IMG/VR virus record: IMGVR_UViG_3300037781_000042
Span: 147,582-211,581 of that record
Direction: 5' to 3' (one strand)
Source: a virus
Lineage: Duplodnaviria > Caudoviricetes
DNA: 64,000 nt
Shown here in pieces: positions 48,276 to 57,402 of this stretch. Within the stretch, counting starts at the first letter, position 1. Each line of letters opens with the position of its first letter. The notes beneath the pieces were generated by a model. The model did no database searches and was not told the DNA's origin. It saw only the letters and a list, made by a program, of their open reading frames with translations. The translations under genes were made by a program, and so were the position numbers.

Positions 48276-49499
48276 TTAAAATAGTGGAGATGATGTAAAT
48301 AAGTTATTGTCAATTGGCGGTTTATCTAAAGCTCGAATATAAGCATTTAAAGGAGCTAGAAAACTTTTTTCAAATTGAGCTTCTTTGTCTATTTCAGGAG
48401 CAAATTGATAAGGGAACATATTTGGTAAATAAGCAAATCTATCACATTTATCAATTGGAATTTCAGCGCAATACCATTTAACAGAATCTTTAGATTTTAT
48501 CATTGGATATTTTTGTTTATACTGAGATTCGGTAGTATTTAATAGATGATTATAATATGCTGCTCCTTTAGCTTGATAAGTTGCTCCTTTGTTAAAGATT
48601 AAATCTTTTCCATCTGAAACAATATGTTTATCGTAATCGTTTACAGTTACTGTTTTTGCTATTACATCAATGTCTTGTAAGAAGTATTCTTCTTTAATTG
48701 TTTTTACCTTTGATAATAGTTCAGGCATATTTATTTTACCCCTTTCACTATTTAGAATATCTACAATAGTTTTTTCTAAAATGTTTTTTACATATTTAGG
48801 GGTAGATGATTGAACTACTTCTCCTCCAGTAAAATTAAATTTTTTGTTTTTCTTATAGAATAATCCATTTTTTCCACCTTCTGTCCACGAAACATCTAGA
48901 ACATATTTTTTAGGAGCTGCTAGAATACCTGATCTACAGATTTTTTCAAGTTCTAAATTATGTAAATTTTCTACGCCAAAATGAGCTGCATAATTATCAA
49001 AAAATTTCTTTAGATAAGAATTTAATCTATTATTCCAAATATCTAGAATAAAATGAGTTCCTCCAAATTCTTTATCTTCAGAATATTTTTCAGGAAGAGT
49101 ACAATTTTCAAATACTTCATCTAATGAAAAATATACTGAATCTGTATCACAATAAATAGCTACATTTTTTATTGGAGGTTGAACATCTGAAACTTCCATA
49201 ATTTCATGAAGTTTAGTATCTTTAGGCCATACTTCTTGAAAATATTTATTGAACATTTTTTCTGTAGATTGTGTAATATGTCTTCCCATCGCAGTAACAG
49301 TAGATGCAATTGCATAACTGAAGAAATGGAAATAAGGACTTGCAAAAACACCATACATTGAATTAATAGAGATCTTTATAGACATCTGATTTGCATCTAA
49401 AATGGCATATTCAGTTTCATACTCATTTAAAAGTTCTTTTAATTCAGATGTACTTAAATTGCTTAGATATTCGTCTGTTATTTTTTCTACTGGAGTCAT
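48276..49499 (-). CDS. gp43: family B DNA polymerase, C-terminal subunit only (gp43B-like)
   Basis: KISINSMYG (motif B), YCDTDS (motif C), KKYVL; exonuclease domain and motif A absent. Confidence 0.85.
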   Translation of the reverse strand: MTPVEKITDEYLSNLSTSELKELLNEYETEYAILDANQMSIKISINSMYGVFASPYFHFFSYAIASTVTAMGRHITQSTEKMFNKYFQEVWPKDTKLHEIMEVSDVQPPIKNVAIYCDTDSVYFSLDEVFENCTLPEKYSEDKEFGGTHFILDIWNNRLNSYLKKFFDNYAAHFGVENLHNLELEKICRSGILAAPKKYVLDVSWTEGGKNGLFYKKNKKFNFTGGEVVQSSTPKYVKNILEKTIVDILNSERGKINMPELLSKVKTIKEEYFLQDIDVIAKTVTVNDYDKHIVSDGKDLIFNKGATYQAKGAAYYNHLLNTTESQYKQKYPMIKSKDSVKWYCAEIPIDKCDRFAYLPNMFPYQFAPEIDKEAQFEKSFLAPLNAYIRALDKPPIDNNLFTSSPLF

Positions 49500-49502
49500 A
49501 TT

Positions 49503-50354
49503 TTATGCTGATGTTTTAGATGTTGTTATACTAAAAGTATTTGATTCTTTAGAACTAAATACAGTGTAATTTAAATTTGGTTTTTCATATACTTGACAAA
49601 TATATTCTTCGTCATCAATAGAACCTAAAAATTTAGGATCTGTAAATATTTCAAAATCTGAAAAATATTCTTCTACTGGAAATGTATATACAAAATAATT
49701 TTTCATAGAAACTTTTAAATTTTCTTTATCGTCTTCAGAAATACTAATCGATAAAATATCTGAAAGATTATCTGAAGAAGATTTTCCTTTTACCAAAGAA
49801 GCAATTTTACTTTTTATAGTTTTATTCAAAACAAATTTACATTTAATTTGAGTATCTTCTGTTTCAGCAAGAATACCATTTAATTTTGTTTCATTCATAT
49901 CAAATGAAGCTTTAGACATACTTAATCTAGGAGCGCCCATTTTTAAACTTAAATTATCATCTTTTAAAGTTATGTGTTCTACTACTAAAACATTGTTCCT
50001 ATTGTCATTCCATTCTGAAGTTAAATTTACTATTGATTGAGTAGTTAATTCATCATAAGTAATTATGAATTTACAACTTTCAGAATAGTTGTTCAAATAA
50101 GAAATTATTTTAGATACTTTAGAAAAGAAACTCATAAATATAGGTTGATCAATATCTATTTCAGATTCTTCAAAAACATCTTTAAAAGAAATAGTAGATT
50201 TTTTATAAGTACTTCTATCATCTTCAAATCCACTTACTTCAATAGAATCCTTATTAATGACTGCTAAAACAGTCGATCCTAAGCTTGTAAACTTCGAAAA
50301 GAAAGCTTGGAGAGCCTTTGGATCTTTCACGTTTAAGGTTATTTTTTTACTCAT
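49503..50354 (-). CDS. putative sliding clamp (gp45/PCNA-like)
   Basis: 283 aa, alternating alpha/beta pattern, directly upstream of polymerase; no signature motif confirmed. Confidence 0.45.
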   Translation of the reverse strand: MSKKITLNVKDPKALQAFFSKFTSLGSTVLAVINKDSIEVSGFEDDRSTYKKSTISFKDVFEESEIDIDQPIFMSFFSKVSKIISYLNNYSESCKFIITYDELTTQSIVNLTSEWNDNRNNVLVVEHITLKDDNLSLKMGAPRLSMSKASFDMNETKLNGILAETEDTQIKCKFVLNKTIKSKIASLVKGKSSSDNLSDILSISISEDDKENLKVSMKNYFVYTFPVEEYFSDFEIFTDPKFLGSIDDEEYICQVYEKPNLNYTVFSSKESNTFSITTSKTSA

Positions 50355-50401
50355 AGTGTGTGTACCAATTAAATTTGTAAAATTTGTTTCTTTATTTAAT
50401 A

Positions 50402-50429
50402 ACTATATCATCTGCTAACTAAAAAGTTT
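50402..50429 (-). promoter_or_regulatory. AAACTTT-N15-TATAGT promoter motif (one mismatch)
   Basis: Upstream of clamp-pol-uvsX-helicase run. Confidence 0.5.
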
Positions 50430-50435
50430 TTGACC

Positions 50436-50443
50436 GATATATA
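50436..50443 (+). promoter_or_regulatory. GATATATA late-promoter-like motif
   Basis: Upstream of 50475. Confidence 0.35.
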
Positions 50444-50474
50444 CTTTATAAACAAAAACTAAAGAGAAATAAAA

Positions 50475-51023
50475 GTGAATAGAGATACTAAAATAGTTGT
50501 ACCTAATCTTATAGAATCTATTGCAGGAATATTATATTTAGAACTTCAAGAATATCAAAATGAAAGAACTATTCTTATAGAAATTGGTGACATTGAAGCT
50601 ACTAATTTATTTCTTGCTATGAATTCTGAAACTTTTATTTCAAACGTTTTAGATACTCATGACTTATACATTGAATCTTTAACAGCGTTTGGAATTGAAA
50701 TAGTTGGTGGGATCCTTACTTACAGTAATGGTGATGTTTGGGAAGGTTCATTAGAATTACTTAATTTGAATACAAACGAAACTGTTTACATTGATTGTAG
50801 ACCGACTGATATATTTACAATTCTTTTAAAACTTGGACTTCCTATTCATATTTACGAAGATTTATTGGAGACATATCAAATAGATGAAAAAGAAAGACAA
50901 GAAAAAAATATCGCCGATTCCATTGAACATCTAGAAAATATGCTTGCTAAATATGTCGAAGAAGAAGATTATGAAAAAGCGGAAATTATTAAAATCATGA
51001 TTAATAAAAGAAAGGGAACATAA
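50475..51023 (+). CDS. bifunctional nuclease (DUF151/BFN-like) with C-terminal UVR domain
   Basis: ILIEIGDIEA, THDL, DCRPTD..TILLKLGLPI; LENMLAKYVEEEDYEKAEIIK. Confidence 0.75.
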   Translation: MNRDTKIVVPNLIESIAGILYLELQEYQNERTILIEIGDIEATNLFLAMNSETFISNVLDTHDLYIESLTAFGIEIVGGILTYSNGDVWEGSLELLNLNTNETVYIDCRPTDIFTILLKLGLPIHIYEDLLETYQIDEKERQEKNIADSIEHLENMLAKYVEEEDYEKAEIIKIMINKRKGT

Positions 51024-51075
51024 TCTAAGTTACATTCCCTTTCGAGGAGTCCGCATGAGCACAAAAGACTATTTT

Positions 51076-52065
51076 TTATAAGTCGTCTAAATCAATATCA
51101 TCAACATTTGCTAATATATCATCTTCATCTATAGTTTCTGATGAAGAAGTATCAGCAGCTTTTGACAATTCTAAATCATCTGCAATATCATCATCTAAAG
51201 GAGTTGTTGTTTCAGGTTCTGATACCGGAGAAGCAGTAGGAGCAGTAGCTTCATTTACTGTCATACTTGCTTTAATTTGAGAGCTTCCTTCATTATTTAA
51301 AAGAGTATTAATAACTCTAGTTACATAATCTTTAGTTTCGTCGTCCCAAGGTTTAAATGCATTTACAGTAATATCTGGAGAATTTTCTAAGATGTATTCT
51401 GCATATACTTTTACATCTTCAGGATTATCTCTACTTACATCTAATTCTTGTCCATTAGGACCTAAATAAGAAGGGCAATCAATTAAATCATCGGCACTGA
51501 TAAATTTACATCTATCATAATTTGGCCAATCTCCTTTTTTATAAATTTCAATTGAAAAAGGTCTTCCTTCAAATACATCAAAAGGTTTTCTTTTTCTTTT
51601 TCCTGGTCCAGGATTCTCCTCTGCTTCAATTTGATCATGAATCTTTTTCCCAAATTTCCAAGTCATAATTTTACCAACATTTTCTGGTTTATTAGGATCC
51701 TGAAGAATTTGAACATTTGCATAATGTTGTTGTCTTTGAGAGAATTCGTCTTTGTGTTGCTCTATAGAAGCATCTTTACTATGATAACAAGTAAAGAAAG
51801 CATCTTGAATAGGACATTTTTCGTTTATTGTTCTATACGAATCTACATATTTTCCAGTTCCTGTTTCAGGATCTTTTAGATATGTTTCATATTTAGTAAT
51901 TAAAGAATGTTCTTTACTTTTTACATAAGGAACAAACCTTACTACTGCTTTATAAACCCCATTAATTCCTGAATCAGGAGATGGTTTATAGTACTTAGTC
52001 GTAGAAGATTTATTTTCTGTATAATTATAATCCGATACGTCTAATAGGTCTTGTGCATTAGCCAT
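51076..52065 (-). CDS. gp32: gp32-like single-stranded DNA-binding protein
   Basis: AVVRFVP, CPI, YANVQIL.DP..PENVGKIMTWKFGKKI, FDVFEG, PNYD, acidic tail. Confidence 0.85.
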   Translation of the reverse strand: MANAQDLLDVSDYNYTENKSSTTKYYKPSPDSGINGVYKAVVRFVPYVKSKEHSLITKYETYLKDPETGTGKYVDSYRTINEKCPIQDAFFTCYHSKDASIEQHKDEFSQRQQHYANVQILQDPNKPENVGKIMTWKFGKKIHDQIEAEENPGPGKRKRKPFDVFEGRPFSIEIYKKGDWPNYDRCKFISADDLIDCPSYLGPNGQELDVSRDNPEDVKVYAEYILENSPDITVNAFKPWDDETKDYVTRVINTLLNNEGSSQIKASMTVNEATAPTASPVSEPETTTPLDDDIADDLELSKAADTSSSETIDEDDILANVDDIDLDDL

Positions 52066-52113
52066 TATAACACCTCTTTATATTTAAAAATATTGTTTGA
52101 AAAATTATAGTTG

Positions 52114-52141
52114 ATTATACTTTAACTTTTCAAAAAAGTTT
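52114..52141 (-). promoter_or_regulatory. AAACTTT-N15-TATAAT promoter motif
   Basis: Perfect copy upstream of gp32. Confidence 0.65.
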
Positions 52142-52756
52142 TTCATCTATAATCTTTTTTGTGTAATGTGCAATAAAATATGAATCTACTAAATCATCAA
52201 TAGGTTTGGTGAATTTAGGATTTCGAGAAGATATGTCTCCTGTAGTCATCACTCTAGTTAACTCATTATCTGCTTCAACCTCTAAATATGTTTGCATCAT
52301 TAATTCTTTAGAAGCATTTCCTTTAATAGCAAATTTCTTAATCTCTCCAGGAGTAAACACAAACCAATTCTTTATAAACCCAGACTCTTCTAATCTTGAT
52401 CTTAAAATATACTGAAATCCTGCTAGATCTAAAGCTCTCTTCCCTGCAGATCCATAAGAGAAACCTTCTATTCCTAAATACAAATCATCTTCTATTCCAT
52501 ATTTAGATAACAATGTTATTATTAAAGATGCCACCTTTTTAGCCTCCTTTATTTTTAAATTCTCTACTTCTACATAAGATAAGTTAGTAGGTATTTTATC
52601 TAAAAAGGTAAAGTCTATAGAAGACTCTTCAAACTCTTTCATATACTTTTTAGGTATGTGAGCTCTTTGAAAATTAAAAAATTCTTCTTCTTGCCCTTCC
52701 TTATAAATACATACTGCCGTAGAATTTATACTATAATCGATTCCTATAAAAGTCAT
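52130..52756 (-). CDS. RuvC-like Holliday junction resolvase
   Basis: IGIDYS, GIEGFSY, TPGEIKKFA..GNASK, DDLVDSY. Confidence 0.75.
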   Translation of the reverse strand: MTFIGIDYSINSTAVCIYKEGQEEEFFNFQRAHIPKKYMKEFEESSIDFTFLDKIPTNLSYVEVENLKIKEAKKVASLIITLLSKYGIEDDLYLGIEGFSYGSAGKRALDLAGFQYILRSRLEESGFIKNWFVFTPGEIKKFAIKGNASKELMMQTYLEVEADNELTRVMTTGDISSRNPKFTKPIDDLVDSYFIAHYTKKIIDEKLF

Positions 52757-52927
52757 TCTGGTGCCTCTGGTGGTGTTTTTATTTAATTGTTGTTGTTACA
52801 TATATCTTTTATATCAAACACCTCTGGAGTGTACCGAGAAGACCCAGTAAGTGATCTAGAATAAAAATTTAATACTGAGTTAAATTGTGATGATTTCATA
52901 TAAAATAACAAAGGTGACATATTATTT

Positions 52928-52955
52928 AATATATCACCTTGGAAATTAAAAGTTT
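52928..52955 (-). promoter_or_regulatory. AAACTTT-N15-TATATT promoter motif (one mismatch)
   Basis: Same spacing; about 170 nt upstream of the resolvase. Confidence 0.45.
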
Positions 52956-52978
52956 TTTATTATCTATTTTTCATAATT

Positions 52979-53305
52979 TTATATTTCTAAATAATGTATT
53001 TTATTTTCTATTGAAGCATTATTAGGTAATTCTTTTTCAGGTTTATCTTTTAATTTTCTATACCAAACATCTTCTAAAATGTAATCCCTAATATATCTTT
53101 TTAAGTTTCCTATTGTTCTAAAACTGTGAAGTTCATCTATTTCATATCCTCTCCAATATGGAATGTAATCAACAGCGACATTAGTTCCTTGTTTTACCCA
53201 CATTATTTCATAGGGACCTTCAATTAAATCTGGAAAACTTTCAGAATCTTCTAATTTAATTCTCGGACTTTCCCAATAACCATCAAAAGCTTCATACAAT
53301 CTCAT
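52979..53305 (-). CDS. hypothetical protein
   Basis: 108 aa; N-term MRLYE. Confidence 0.6.
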   Translation of the reverse strand: MRLYEAFDGYWESPRIKLEDSESFPDLIEGPYEIMWVKQGTNVAVDYIPYWRGYEIDELHSFRTIGNLKRYIRDYILEDVWYRKLKDKPEKELPNNASIENKIHYLEI

Positions 53306-53307
53306 TT

Positions 53308-53595
53308 TTATTTAATCTTTAGTTTATAAATTTTTATTGGAAATTCAATTCCTGATTCATCATCTATTATTTTTCCTGAATCAACTAATGTTCCATAAAT
53401 TGTGTTTTCATTTAATCCTATTCTAGACATTTCTATTCTTAATGCCTCTGTAGGAAAATTAGTTTCAAGATATTTTTCTAAATATAAATCAACTTTATTT
53501 AATGAAGAAAAATAATCTATATGATATTGTTTGTGACTTAATTCAATTTCCAATTTATAAACATTTGGAAATTTTGAATTTTTTCTAGTTAACAC
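53308..53595 (-). CDS. hypothetical protein
   Basis: 95-aa ORF. Confidence 0.55.
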   Translation of the reverse strand: MLTRKNSKFPNVYKLEIELSHKQYHIDYFSSLNKVDLYLEKYLETNFPTEALRIEMSRIGLNENTIYGTLVDSGKIIDDESGIEFPIKIYKLKIK

Positions 53596-53604
53596 TTAGT
53601 ACCT

Positions 53605-53919
53605 CTATAATTCACTAACATCTGGAATATACTCGGGAAGATCTATGTTTAAAGTAACTTCTTCTGAATAAGCATATTTTTTATATTGTTGTATTGACAA
53701 TATTCTCTCTGAACTAAATTCCTTTAACTCTTTTAAAGTAGCATAACATAAATTCGTATCTATTTCATTCCCCTTAAAGTAAGTATTATAACAAGAAACT
53801 TTTTTATTATTATACCCTTTAGAAGTTTTAACTTTAACATACAGTAAAGAATTAGATGTAAAAAAATCAGGTAAAACTTCTTCACTGTATTGTTCAAACG
53901 TTTCGTAAATTTGTTTCAT
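53605..53919 (-). CDS. hypothetical protein
   Basis: 104 aa; N-term MKQIYETFEQY. Confidence 0.6.
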   Translation of the reverse strand: MKQIYETFEQYSEEVLPDFFTSNSLLYVKVKTSKGYNNKKVSCYNTYFKGNEIDTNLCYATLKELKEFSSERILSIQQYKKYAYSEEVTLNIDLPEYIPDVSEL

Positions 53920-53920
53920 T

Positions 53921-54259
53921 TTAATTAAACTGTGCGATGTAAGTTCCTAATATAACTAATCCTGAAAACAAATAAGTTCCTATAAAAATTGCAACTTGTG
54001 CAATTATAAAAGTAGGATTTGTCTTTGCTTTATGATAATTTACTTTTCCATACAAGTAAGTCATACTAGATGCAATTATTGTAGTTACTACAGCATACCA
54101 TAAAAGCAATAAAGTAACTTTAAATTCTTCTATTTTAAATCCAGCAAAAAGCATTAAAGCAAAAAATGCTCCAAGTAAAATTATCCATCTTAACATTGTA
54201 GGCGAATCTAAAATCCACTCTTTAACACTTACATATATTTCTTTAATTTTATTTAACAT
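53921..54259 (-). CDS. small three-TM membrane protein, holin candidate
   Basis: Three hydrophobic segments in 112 aa, near the CHAP hydrolase. Confidence 0.45.
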   Translation of the reverse strand: MLNKIKEIYVSVKEWILDSPTMLRWIILLGAFFALMLFAGFKIEEFKVTLLLLWYAVVTTIIASSMTYLYGKVNYHKAKTNPTFIIAQVAIFIGTYLFSGLVILGTYIAQFN

Positions 54260-54752
54260 ATTCTTTCTCTAAAGTTTCTTTATTATTTTCATCTAAAATA
54301 AATTCCATTACTATATTAGTTAAATCATCGTATGCTTCATGTCTAATATCTTCCCAAGGTTTCCATCCCGATTCTTTGATTATATAGTGAATTTCACTAC
54401 AAATATTTTTTGCTTGCGGTATATGACTTTCTATAAAATCTAAAAATTCTTGATAAAAAGAATTTACTTCGTATTCTGCTCCATATCCGGCATGACCTCC
54501 ATACTCTTCATCTTCTTCGTTCCAATGTTCAATTACTGCATTTCCATTACCATTATTAAAAGCTTCATAGTACAATCTACTAACTGCTCTTAAAAGTTCC
54601 CCTTTTACTGTTTCTGCTGCTCCTTGATCAGGAACGAGTTCATCATAAAGTTTTTTATATTCTTCTTGATATTTACCCCTTTCATCCCAATATGAAGATT
54701 CATTTATTTGTTGAAAGCTTTCATAACTTTCTACTATTCTTTCTTTATTCAT
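54249..54752 (-). CDS. acidic hypothetical protein with capsid-targeting-like N-terminus
   Basis: MNKERIVESYESFQQINE. Confidence 0.6.
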   Translation of the reverse strand: MNKERIVESYESFQQINESSYWDERGKYQEEYKKLYDELVPDQGAAETVKGELLRAVSRLYYEAFNNGNGNAVIEHWNEEDEEYGGHAGYGAEYEVNSFYQEFLDFIESHIPQAKNICSEIHYIIKESGWKPWEDIRHEAYDDLTNIVMEFILDENNKETLEKEYVK

Positions 54753-55155
54753 TTTCTTGTGGTATATTTAATTCAAATTCATTTTTACAAACCCATACAG
54801 ATAAAGATGAATTTTCTTCTAAATTTAAAAACAATGTTTTCAAATTAAAAATCATATCTGAAAATTCATCATAAGAAAAAGATACATCTAAACTATTATT
54901 AGTATCTACAGAAAAACCATTAGCTTCTATAGTCCAACTTCCATTATCATTTTCATAAAAAGTAACTTCTACTTCTAAATCAGTAGATTTAGATTTATAT
55001 TTTCCTATTAAAGTATCGTATGCTCGTATTCTATTTTCTATTGGAATTAATTCAAAAACTAAATCTTTATAACCATCTGAAAATTCTTCAATGCTTTGAA
55101 TTTCTTCAGAATTGTTAGTTATAACTTTTTCATATAATTTATATTTTTGTATCAT
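54745..55155 (-). CDS. hypothetical protein
   Basis: 136 aa; N-term MIQKYKLYE; AATATATA motif at 55177-55184 upstream. Confidence 0.6.
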   Translation of the reverse strand: MIQKYKLYEKVITNNSEEIQSIEEFSDGYKDLVFELIPIENRIRAYDTLIGKYKSKSTDLEVEVTFYENDNGSWTIEANGFSVDTNNSLDVSFSYDEFSDMIFNLKTLFLNLEENSSLSVWVCKNEFELNIPQENE

Positions 55156-55186
55156 TTTCTTATTTAATTCTTTATTTATATATTTT

Positions 55187-56188
55187 TTACTTTAATTCAG
55201 AGTCATCAAATTTCTTTCCTTTTGCAGAAGGATAAAGTTTTTGCAACATTTCTTTCATTTGCTTATTTTGTCTTTGATACTCTTCTACAGACATTTTATT
55301 TTCTCCTAATTTTACAGGAGGTTTAGAATTTACTTCTTCTACTGCCCCAGAACTATTAACTATCTTTAAAGTTTTTTTTTCTTTCTTAGGTTTTTCTTTT
55401 TTAACCTTTTCTACTGCTTTCTTTAATTCTTCTTTAGGAGGTTCTGGAATTTCTATCTTATCTAAAAATGTTTTAAAATCTGCTTCACTTAAAGGTTCTG
55501 TTTCTTGAGGTTTTAAATCTTCTAAAGGATCTATTAATTCTACTTCGTCTTCTTCAATTTCAGTGTCGTCTTCGACGTCTTCTTCTATGTCACTAAAATC
55601 CTCTTCTGGAGTTTCGTCCTCTTCTTCATCTTCTCCAGAATATTCTTCGGGAAGGTCTATTTCATCTATTAATTCCTCAAAATTTGAATTGCTATCTTCT
55701 TTCTCAGAAATTTCTTTTTTAACATTGCTTACATAATCAACTAAAGTCTTTAAGAATGCTAATGATATTAATGGAATAGGAACCCCTATTAATAAAGAAA
55801 GAAACATTTTTAAATCATCAAAAGTTTCAAATTCATAAAAGTAAGTTAAAAATACTTTTGCGTTTTCTAAATACTCTGGGTAATTTTTTTCTGCTAAAGT
55901 AATGTAATCAAAAGTATAATAAACATTTCCTATTATTTGAAATGCTATTAACGTAAAAAACATTGTCCAAACAGCAAATTTAGAAATTTTATCTAAAATT
56001 GTTATAGACAATGCAGAAGCAATTGATCCTAATTCAAAGGCAATTGCCAATACTACTGCCATCCACGTATAGTTTCCTAAATCAAAGAAACCTACAATAT
56101 GGTATGTAGAAATAAAAGAAGACAATAATGGCACTATTAGAAATGCTATTATTGTCCATATTTGCATTTTGTTATATTTTTGATTCAT
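55187..56188 (-). CDS. multi-pass membrane protein with acidic cytoplasmic tail
   Basis: About four N-terminal TM segments, then Glu/Asp-rich and Lys-rich regions. Confidence 0.65.
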   Translation of the reverse strand: MNQKYNKMQIWTIIAFLIVPLLSSFISTYHIVGFFDLGNYTWMAVVLAIAFELGSIASALSITILDKISKFAVWTMFFTLIAFQIIGNVYYTFDYITLAEKNYPEYLENAKVFLTYFYEFETFDDLKMFLSLLIGVPIPLISLAFLKTLVDYVSNVKKEISEKEDSNSNFEELIDEIDLPEEYSGEDEEEDETPEEDFSDIEEDVEDDTEIEEDEVELIDPLEDLKPQETEPLSEADFKTFLDKIEIPEPPKEELKKAVEKVKKEKPKKEKKTLKIVNSSGAVEEVNSKPPVKLGENKMSVEEYQRQNKQMKEMLQKLYPSAKGKKFDDSELK

Positions 56189-56194
56189 ATTTAA

Positions 56195-56674
56195 TTAATG
56201 CCTAAATATTTTGTGAGAATAAAATTCATTATATACAATATCATCTTCTATAGTCGTTTTAATGTGATGCATTATCTCATCCATTTTAGATTTTTTTTCT
56301 GGATGTTTTTCAATGAATTTTTTAAATTCTTCTGGAAATTTAACTTCTATTTCATCTACTACTATCTTATCCATATCAGATCCTTCTAAATGTCCTTCTG
56401 CCTCAAATTCAATCAAAGTTGCTCCGTCTTCAAAAATATCTTCTTCCCATTCATTAAAAAATTCTGCAAGAACTGATTCTCTATCCTCAGGATAATTTCC
56501 TTCTTCATCTTTATCAAAAGGAAAAACTTTTTCGTAATCAGGAGCATCTTCTAAAAAATATTCTCCATCTTCGATTTTCCAATATTGAGCTCCTTCAGCA
56601 TCTTCAGGATATCCCCATTCATTTAATTTAAAATATTCACTAAAACTTTCTACTATTCTATTTTCTTTTTTCAT
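56195..56674 (-). CDS. acidic hypothetical protein with capsid-targeting-like N-terminus
   Basis: MKKENRIVESFSEYFKLNE. Confidence 0.6.
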   Translation of the reverse strand: MKKENRIVESFSEYFKLNEWGYPEDAEGAQYWKIEDGEYFLEDAPDYEKVFPFDKDEEGNYPEDRESVLAEFFNEWEEDIFEDGATLIEFEAEGHLEGSDMDKIVVDEIEVKFPEEFKKFIEKHPEKKSKMDEIMHHIKTTIEDDIVYNEFYSHKIFRH

Positions 56675-56675
56675 T

Positions 56676-57392
56676 TTATTTTATAAAAAATTTATAAATT
56701 TTATCTATAAACGTTTCATCCTTACGATCACGTTTACTTATCGAGTGTGATTTATATATCGTTGCTTCTGTTATCAAAACAGGATCTTTACATAAATCAG
56801 ATTTTTGTTTATCAAAACCAACAAACCCTCTAAACATCATTCTACCTAAAGGATGTAAGTAATTTCTTTTTCTTCTATAAACTCCTCCGCCGTCTCTTTG
56901 AGAACCTCCTATTCCACTAGAAGTATTAAATTCTATCGATTCTATCCATCCTGCCTTTTTTACAGTATCTACAATACCTGTATGCCCAGTATAAGAATTC
57001 TTCTTACGATATGTAAAAAAATCTCCTTTTTCTGGTTTATTTTTTCCTTTTACTCCATATTTTTTAGCATGAGAATAAACTACTTGAGAACCTGCAGTCA
57101 TTGGAAAAGGAATAAAACTTTTAGTTTTTCCATAAAATTTAGCAGCTTCTAAATAACACCAAGAAATTCCTGCTGCGCAATACGGATAACCTTTTCCTAA
57201 ACCTACTACTCTTAAATATTTTTCAACTTCACCATCATTTCTTCCCGTCTTTTCAACTACTCCTACTTCTCCTTCTGCTATTTCAAATGCCTTTTCATGT
57301 AAACATTCGTCTATTTTTAAAACATATCGAGAAGCACTAGAATAATTAGTGAAAGTTAAAAATAATAATATTGTTAAAAATAAATATTTCAT
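56676..57392 (-). CDS. CHAP-domain peptidoglycan hydrolase with signal peptide
   Basis: MKYLFLTILLFLTF..SSA signal-like; PYCAAGISW (Cys), GHTGIV (His), IEFNT. Confidence 0.75.
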   Translation of the reverse strand: MKYLFLTILLFLTFTNYSSASRYVLKIDECLHEKAFEIAEGEVGVVEKTGRNDGEVEKYLRVVGLGKGYPYCAAGISWCYLEAAKFYGKTKSFIPFPMTAGSQVVYSHAKKYGVKGKNKPEKGDFFTYRKKNSYTGHTGIVDTVKKAGWIESIEFNTSSGIGGSQRDGGGVYRRKRNYLHPLGRMMFRGFVGFDKQKSDLCKDPVLITEATIYKSHSISKRDRKDETFIDKIYKFFIK

Positions 57393-57402
57393 AAAGTAAA
57401 GT

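Noticed and set aside
51010-51043. GAAAGGGAA/TTCCCTTTC inverted repeat as ncRNA or strong terminator
   Set aside because: 16-nt loop, no U-tract, and it overlaps a coding end; at most a weak convergent-gene terminator
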